A stretch of 64,000 nucleotides of DNA from Candidatus Kaiserbacteria bacterium (GTDB lineage Bacteria > Patescibacteriota > Minisyncoccia > Phycocordibacterales > Phycocordibacteraceae), in assembly GCA_963699165.1 (NCBI GenBank), contig OY969413.1:596562-660561 (forward strand), in the 5' to 3' direction. The first letter of the stretch is position 1; each line of letters starts with the position of its first letter. Below, piece by piece: positions 58,348 to 64,000 of the stretch. Both the position numbers and the translations under genes were made by a program. The notes below the pieces were generated by a model. That model ran no database searches and was not told where the DNA came from. It saw only the letters and a list, made by a program, of their open reading frames with translations.

Positions 58348-58881
58348 TCACGCGGCGCGATTCTTCAACACCTCGAGTCCTTTTGCAAGCAATTCCTTCG
58401 TCGGCATATGAGTGAGATTGCCTTTCTCGTCGAAAAGTTCCGAGGCGGGGCCGAGATACAATTCCGGCTGGCCGACAAGGTTGGCGTCGAGGTGCGAAAG
58501 CACCTGCCGCAAATGGCTTTGCGCGACCGCGGTTCCGATTTTCCCGACGGATACGCCCAACACCAACACCGGCTTCCCCGCAAAAGAATTTTGACCGTAG
58601 GGGCGGCTCATCCAATCGATGGTGTTCTTCAATACGCCCGGGATGGAGCGGTTGTATTCCGGCGTCGCAATGACGACCGCATCGGCGGCGGCAATTTTAT
58701 CCTTTAGCGCTTGGGCGCTTGCGGGAAACGGCGACTCGGTGTCCTGATTATAAAACGGAATGCCCTGTATATCCTCAATGGTTATCCGGACTCCCGCGGG
58801 AGCTATCTTTTGCAGGGCGCGTAAAATCGCGGTATTAAACGAGTCCTTTCTCAAACTTCCCGAAATGGCGACGATATTCAT
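58348..58881 (-). CDS. NAD(P)H-dependent FMN reductase (flavodoxin-like fold)
   Basis: MNIVAISGSLRKDSFN N-terminus. Confidence 0.75.
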   Translation of the reverse strand: MNIVAISGSLRKDSFNTAILRALQKIAPAGVRITIEDIQGIPFYNQDTESPFPASAQALKDKIAAADAVVIATPEYNRSIPGVLKNTIDWMSRPYGQNSFAGKPVLVLGVSVGKIGTAVAQSHLRQVLSHLDANLVGQPELYLGPASELFDEKGNLTHMPTKELLAKGLEVLKNRAA

Positions 58882-58955
58882 ATGGTGAATGCGTTATTTT
58901 ATACGGCTACACGGTAGAGCGTACCCTACGGTGCGTGGGGTTACCGTGTGGATAA

Positions 58956-59657
58956 CTAACGAAGCGTTTCTTTCCAGCGTTTGTAAAGCGCGGCGGTCGC
59001 GAAAAGGTCGCCGGCGTTGTAGCGCGCGATGTCGAGATACTTCCCTGTTTTATAGAGCGCCGCAACGTCATCGCCGGACGTTCCGGATGCTTTCGGACTT
59101 TCGATGCCGAGCGCGCGGCAAAACAGATGCAAACTTTTGCGAAAACGCGCGGCGCCGTAAAACGTGAGCTGGTCCATGAGGTCGACATGGACGGCGCCGC
59201 GCTGCAGCGACACGTAGCGATTGGAAAGAAGGTCTTTCGAGGGCCGAATATTGTGGACCATCGAGCGAATTGCGAGAAACGGAGCATCAAAGGAACGTCC
59301 GTTAAATGAAACAAACTCATTGCAGACGGCGGCGACTTTCCAAAACTGTTCAAGCATTCCCTTTTCGTCCATCGCCTCGTATTTAATCGGTCCTTCCTCG
59401 CTCGCTTTGATTTTCGCGCCGGGTGCGGAAAAATACACGGCACCCTTTTCGCGCTCGGTGTCGTACACGCCGATGGCGACGATGAATCCGGTCAGGGGCG
59501 AAAATCCCATTCCCTCTTTGAGCATTGCGAGCTCGTATTCGTATTCTTCGTTGTCCTTTGCGGACTCCCGAATCCACCGCGAAAGGTTGTGCTGTGTCGT
59601 TTCGTCGAACGTATCCCACGATTCCCCGACGGTTTCGATGTCGAATACAAGCGCCAT
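58956..59657 (-). CDS. DEDD-family 3'-5' exonuclease (PolB-exo-like/YprB-like)
   Basis: FDIET, NGRSFDAPFL, YNAGD motifs; start at ATG 59655-59657. Confidence 0.65.
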   Translation of the reverse strand: MALVFDIETVGESWDTFDETTQHNLSRWIRESAKDNEEYEYELAMLKEGMGFSPLTGFIVAIGVYDTEREKGAVYFSAPGAKIKASEEGPIKYEAMDEKGMLEQFWKVAAVCNEFVSFNGRSFDAPFLAIRSMVHNIRPSKDLLSNRYVSLQRGAVHVDLMDQLTFYGAARFRKSLHLFCRALGIESPKASGTSGDDVAALYKTGKYLDIARYNAGDLFATAALYKRWKETLR

Positions 59658-59776
59658 GCAAACAGTATATAATGCCGGGTGTATGAATGCCGTTAGAAAT
59701 CGCGGACATGAATGCGGGACCACGCAAGTGGTCGGTTTTACTATCGATAATCAAACAGACTGCGTAACCGACCGTT

Positions 59777-60715
59777 TTGGGTTCGCGTCCTATTTCTAAC
59801 GGTATGAATCAGAAACTCATTCGTGCGGCAGTTGTGGCAGTGCTCGCGGCGGCGGCGGGCGGTGCGGGCTATGTGGCCGGAGGAAACGCACAAACGCAAA
59901 CTCCGAACATCCCGGCAGAGACGGTCGCGGCGCCGCCCGCCGGTTCAGTCCGCGTTTTATACAGCTTGGACCAAAAACAAAATGACAAAGAAATCATCGC
60001 ACTTATAAATGGAGCGAGGGACCATATTTATTTCGCCATTTACGAATTCACGCTGAAAGACATTGCCGATGCTCTTGTCGCGGCGGAGAAGCGCGGCGTA
60101 GTCGTGCGCGGCGTCGTTGACTCGGGCGAAGCGGCAAAGAGCTACGACAAGCCGATTATTGACGAACTCATCGCCGCGGGCATTCCTGTTGAAACCGAAA
60201 AACATCCCGACGGAAACGGCATCATGCATATCAAAGCGATTGTGACCGATTCTGCGTACGCGCTCGGAAGTTACAACTGGACCGGTTCCGCGACGACCGA
60301 AAACGACGAGTTGCTCGAAATAGGAACCGACCCGACACTTCGCCAAACGTATGAAAATATTTTGAAACGACTCTTTGATGCCTACCAAGGCACCAGCGCG
60401 GCCGCGGGAGCGGCCGCAAGCGTTTCAATCGGCACCATCGACTACACCGAAGCCCCCGCGCATGTCGGCGATTACGCCTCCGTGCGCGGAACCCTCGTCG
60501 ACGCCTACACTTCCGCAAGCGGCACGGTCTTTTTGGATTTCTGCAAAAGCTACAAAACCTGCACATTTTCGGGCGTCATCTTCGCGGACGACGTCAAAAA
60601 ATTTGGCGACCTGTCCCGCTATAACGGCACGACCGTAACCCTCACCGGCAAGATTTCTTCCTATCAAGGCAAAGCCGAAATCGTCCTTTCCGACCCAAGT
60701 CAGCTTGCAAACTGA
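59777..60715 (+). CDS. secreted phospholipase-D-family nuclease (Nuc-like HKD) with C-terminal beta-rich domain
   Basis: signal peptide; single HKD motif MHIKAIVTD...GSYNWT; stop 5 nt before IS481 copy 2. Confidence 0.65.
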   Translation: MGSRPISNGMNQKLIRAAVVAVLAAAAGGAGYVAGGNAQTQTPNIPAETVAAPPAGSVRVLYSLDQKQNDKEIIALINGARDHIYFAIYEFTLKDIADALVAAEKRGVVVRGVVDSGEAAKSYDKPIIDELIAAGIPVETEKHPDGNGIMHIKAIVTDSAYALGSYNWTGSATTENDELLEIGTDPTLRQTYENILKRLFDAYQGTSAAAGAAASVSIGTIDYTEAPAHVGDYASVRGTLVDAYTSASGTVFLDFCKSYKTCTFSGVIFADDVKKFGDLSRYNGTTVTLTGKISSYQGKAEIVLSDPSQLAN

Positions 60716-60720
60716 AAAAA

Positions 60721-61802
60721 CTGCATAAGTTCAGATACATTTGGCAGTCCTCATAACCGAGGATATATGCGCATCAGAAGCAATTTCAGGGGTACGAAGG
60801 GCTGGTTGAGCATGTGGGAAAGGACGATACGATTGCGGCATATGCGGAAACCAAAGGAAGTCGACAGACGGGTGAAGATATTGGGATTCTGGGACATGCA
60901 CGGGACGGAGGCCGCATACGACGCCTTTGGCACCTCGGAGCGCACCTTGTATCGCTGGAAGGAGGAACTCAAAGCCCACGAGGGCCGCATTGATGCACTT
61001 GACCCGAAGAGCACTGCGCCGAAGGCGCGTCGAAGGAGGACTGTTCTGCCCGAGGTCGAGGATTTCATCATCCGCGAACGACAGGCGCATCCCCGGCTTG
61101 GGAAAGCAAAGCTTGCCGTTCTCCTGCGCGAAGAAGGGCACTCCGTGTCGGAGTCATACGTTGGGCGGGTCATTCTGGATTTGAAGAACCGCGGTCTGCT
61201 CCCGCAGCAGAGCCGGCTCTCGTTCCACGCACGTACGGGCAATCACACGGAAACACCGCAGAAACGCCGTACCAAGCTTCGCCGCACCGGCAAGCGCGGC
61301 ATGGAGCTCGATACCGTCGTCCGCTTCATCGACGGCGTGAAGCGGTACGTCCTCACGGCAGTGGATGTGGAGCGGAAGTTCGCCTTTGCGGGCGCGTATA
61401 CGAACCACTCGTCGAGAAGCGCGGACGACTTCCTTCGCCGAGTCATCGAGGTTTGCCCCTTCGATATCGACGAGTTGCAGACCGACAACGGGAGCGAGTT
61501 CGCCAAACACTTCGAGGATGCCTGTGCCGAACTCGGGCTCACGCACTTTCACACCCGCCCCCGCACTCCCAAGATGAATGCCCACGTCGAACGATTCAAT
61601 CGCACCGTCTCCGAGGACTTCATCATGCTGAATCGGGGCCTGCTGCGGGACGATATTCATTCCTTCAATCTGAAGCTTGTCGACTGGCTGATCTGGTACA
61701 ACACCAAACGCCCGCACCAGTCGCTCGGCATGGTGTCCCCCTTGCGGTATATTGTGTGTACATTAACCGTCGGGGACTGCCAAAAGTACTGGACGCGTAC
61801 AA
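60721..61802 (+). mobile_element. IS481-family-like insertion sequence, copy 2 (1082 bp)
   Basis: co-linear with copy 1 with a few substitutions (TEAT/TEAA, EGY/EGH). Confidence 0.75.
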
Positions 61803-61849
61803 TAAATTGCCTATTCCCTGCTTTTCGTGCTATACTCCGCTTACTACAA
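60767..61849 (+). CDS. IS481-family DDE transposase (copy 2), no stop inside the element; frame is open into infC
   Basis: same ORF as 12692..13735; beyond the IS end the frame continues into infC (the computed ORF runs to 62407). Confidence 0.6.
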
Positions 61850-62407
61850 GTGGCTACCGAACGACTTCGCATCAATAACGAGATACGCGCGCAGGAACTG
61901 CGCGTCATTGGCGCGCAAGGTGAAAATCTTGGCGTTATATCGCTTGAAGCCGCTCTGGCGGCTGCAAAGGCCGCCGGGCTCGACCTTATCGAGATTTCGC
62001 CCTCTGCGGTGCCGCCCGTTGCGAAGATCACAGATTATGGTAAATTCGAGTACGAGCGAAGCAAGAAGGAAAAGGTGGCCAAATCTAAGGTCAAAATATC
62101 CGAGACCAAGGAGGTCCAGATAAAGGTAGGCACGGGCGACCACGATATGGCGCTCAAGGCGAAAAAGGCCGCAGAATGGCTCGCCGAAGGACACCGTGTC
62201 CGCGCCGAACTCTTCCTCAAGGGCCGCTACAAGGGCATGGAGGAGGCATTCCTCAAGGAGCGCCTCCAAAGGTTCCTTTTGCGCATTCCGTACGCATACA
62301 AGGTGGCGGAGCCGGTCGCAAGAAGCCCGAAGGGCTTTGCGGGAGTTATCGAACGCGACCTTGTCGCCCAAGCAAAACGCGAAAAAGAACAGCCAAAAAC
62401 CACATGA
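61850..62407 (+). CDS. infC: translation initiation factor IF-3
   Basis: INNEIRAQELRVIGAQGENLGVIS ... conserved IF3 N and C domains; GTG candidate start at 61850 (infC commonly uses a non-ATG start). Confidence 0.8.
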   Translation: MATERLRINNEIRAQELRVIGAQGENLGVISLEAALAAAKAAGLDLIEISPSAVPPVAKITDYGKFEYERSKKEKVAKSKVKISETKEVQIKVGTGDHDMALKAKKAAEWLAEGHRVRAELFLKGRYKGMEEAFLKERLQRFLLRIPYAYKVAEPVARSPKGFAGVIERDLVAQAKREKEQPKTT

Positions 62408-62589
62408 AATCCAACAAATCCTATTTGAAGAGAATCCGCGTAACCCGCACCGGGAAGCTTATGGCGCGCACGCCGGGCCAGAACCATTTCAATGCGAAGC
62501 AGAGCGGTTCCGAGCGCTCCCAGAAGCGCCGCCCGAATGCGATTAACCTCACGGTTAAAGTCCGCCGCCGCTTCCTTCCGGGCACCTAA
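62404..62589 (+). CDS. rpmI: 50S ribosomal protein L35
   Basis: MKSNKSYLKRIRVTRTGKLMAR; ATGA overlap with infC stop. Confidence 0.85.
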   Translation: MKSNKSYLKRIRVTRTGKLMARTPGQNHFNAKQSGSERSQKRRPNAINLTVKVRRRFLPGT

Positions 62590-62617
62590 TTAATCTAACG
62601 CCGGCAATTATTTACGT

Positions 62618-62965
62618 ATGACAAGAATCAAAGGAGGAGTAATGGCGCAGAAGCGCCGCAAGAATGTTCTCGAGCGAGCCAAGGGATACCGCGGCATTCG
62701 TTCGAAGAAAGAGCGCTATGCCCACGAAGCGCTTATGCGCGCGGGCCGCTACGCATTTGCGCACCGCCGCGACAAGAAAACCGTCTTCCGCCAGCTTTGG
62801 ATTGTCCGCTTGAACGCCGCCGTCCGCGAAAACGGCCACAAGTCGTACAGCACGTTCATCGCCAAGCTGAAGAAGAACGGTTTTGCGCTGGACCGCAAAG
62901 TCCTCGCCGAGTTCGCCGCAACGAATCCCGAAATCTTCACTCGCATCGCAAAACAGGTCGTCTAA
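62618..62965 (+). CDS. rplT: 50S ribosomal protein L20
   Basis: full-length L20 (KRRKNVLERAKGYRG...). Confidence 0.9.
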   Translation: MTRIKGGVMAQKRRKNVLERAKGYRGIRSKKERYAHEALMRAGRYAFAHRRDKKTVFRQLWIVRLNAAVRENGHKSYSTFIAKLKKNGFALDRKVLAEFAATNPEIFTRIAKQVV

Positions 62966-62974
62966 TCAACCGGC

Positions 62975-63011
62975 CAAAGCAAAACCGCCCCGAAGGGGCG
63001 GTTTTGCTTTG
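62975..63011 (+). terminator. rho-independent terminator
   Basis: caaagcaaaaccgcccc-gaa-ggggcggttttgctttg. Confidence 0.85.
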
Positions 63012-63018
63012 GGTGCAC

Positions 63019-63663
63019 TTAGTTCATTGTCAGCGGACCGACGTTAATTGAAGGTATTCCCGGGGTTTGAAACGGCACGCCCGCAAATGCGGCGATTTTT
63101 TGGCCGATATTTGCTTCCCTGCCGGACCCGCTCATCTGGACTGCGTCCGCCATAAGTTGTGACGCCGAGAGATTCTCGGTATGCGCATTGTCGATAAATA
63201 TCTCCGTCCCGTTCTGCATCACAAGCACAAGCCGGAATTGTCTTTGCGGTGCCGTAGTGCGAACCGCCATGCCTGCTTGCGCATTTATCGTCGGACCCGT
63301 TGTGGTTGAATACGAATAGTTTTCCCGCATTTCTACGCGAACAATGTCGCCAAGGTTGAATGTGTCCGTTTTTTTACCTAAAATCCCCGCGCTGGTTATC
63401 GAACCCTGCCCCTGCTCCTTGTCTAAAACCGTTTCTTTGCTGCGCGCAGTGAAAAGGATAAGGAGACCGATTATAAAAAATATTCCGGGAATCAACCACG
63501 CGAACAGACTCGACTTTGACGAAGCCCCTCCCTGCAAATACGAATACAATGCTATGCCAGCAGTGGCAATCCCAACAACAAGCAGAATAAACCCGCCGAT
63601 GAAACTGCTTAAGCCGGAATCCCCCAAAACGATTTTATCGGACGAATCTTGAATGATTTTCAT
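63019..63663 (-). CDS. hypothetical membrane protein
   Basis: two TM helices, no motif. Confidence 0.4.
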   Translation of the reverse strand: MKIIQDSSDKIVLGDSGLSSFIGGFILLVVGIATAGIALYSYLQGGASSKSSLFAWLIPGIFFIIGLLILFTARSKETVLDKEQGQGSITSAGILGKKTDTFNLGDIVRVEMRENYSYSTTTGPTINAQAGMAVRTTAPQRQFRLVLVMQNGTEIFIDNAHTENLSASQLMADAVQMSGSGREANIGQKIAAFAGVPFQTPGIPSINVGPLTMN

Positions 63664-63698
63664 AGATAGAAAGTTAACATATAAATTGGCTTATTGCG

Positions 63699-64000
63699 CT
63701 AGGGACAACTCTTTATTTTCGAAGCAGCCGTAGGAAGGCCGCCTTCTTCGATTTTGGAAATGCCGAGGGAATCAATGCACCACCATTCGTTTGGGGAAAG
63801 AGTCACCCCGACCAAATAACCTTCTCCGTTTGCATAGCATGCAATCGAATTTTCATTTTTCGCGTCGGCTGCGGCCGCGATAATGGCATTTCTGACGGCT
63901 GTCTCCTGAAATACGCCTCCGGTGCATGATGCGGGGCTTCCATTTGTCCATGCTTGTTCTCCAAAAGAATTTGCGTGATTCACCGAATACAAATATGCCT
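63699..64000 (-). CDS. pilin-like protein, C-terminal part (runs off window)
   Basis: C-terminal ...WWCIDSLG...SCP resembles the pilin paralog C-termini (VYWCVDSTG...CP). Confidence 0.45.
   Translation of the reverse strand, partial: AYLYSVNHANSFGEQAWTNGSPASCTGGVFQETAVRNAIIAAAADAKNENSIACYANGEGYLVGVTLSPNEWWCIDSLGISKIEEGGLPTAASKIKSCP

Overview
This is a 64 kb bacterial window of roughly 55-60% GC by eye, with several clearly AT-rich islets. The gene content is consistent with a reduced CPR/Patescibacteria-like genome, but that is inference only: type IV pili dominate, with the usual housekeeping and repair genes around them.

Housekeeping core:
- gatC-gatA, ligA, groES-groEL, secG and rnj.
- infC-rpmI-rplT, and a tRNA-Ser(GCU).
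- msrA/msrB, bcp and nth.

Type IV pilus and competence locus:
- About half of the first 36 kb, minus strand, is one type IV pilus locus: pilM-N-O, pilB, a CheY-like regulator, pilT, pilC, a tandem array of pilin paralogs, pilD and minor pilins.
- It is followed by comF, and a secreted PLD-family nuclease sits at 59.8 kb.

Mobile DNA is abundant:
- An IS3-family element with an A6G slippery site.
- Two 1082-bp IS481-like copies 48 kb apart.
- An IS30 insertion that splits a pilin gene, with a 3-bp target-site duplication.
- A ~3.3 kb integrative element in the 5' end of secG. It carries a tyrosine integrase, a LexA-like repressor with a Cheo-type SOS box, and a Y-family polymerase. It is flanked by 16-bp att repeats and internal GGTTGCCCA arm-type repeats.
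- An 8 kb AT-rich island at 8.6-16.4 kb, next to a tRNA-like 3' fragment. It holds an 834-aa beta-class amino-methyltransferase, a large serine recombinase and a 790-aa uncharacterised protein with a Zn-ribbon plus a PD-(D/E)xK-like motif.

The most plausible novel systems are that island (a methyltransferase plus a putative nuclease) and a second AT-rich three-gene cassette at 52.4-54.0 kb encoding a membrane protein, a PD-(D/E)xK nuclease and a macro domain.

Three independent ORF disruptions sit exactly at homopolymer runs: the CYTH gene, the IS30 transposase and comF. This points to either sequencing error or slipped-strand switching.
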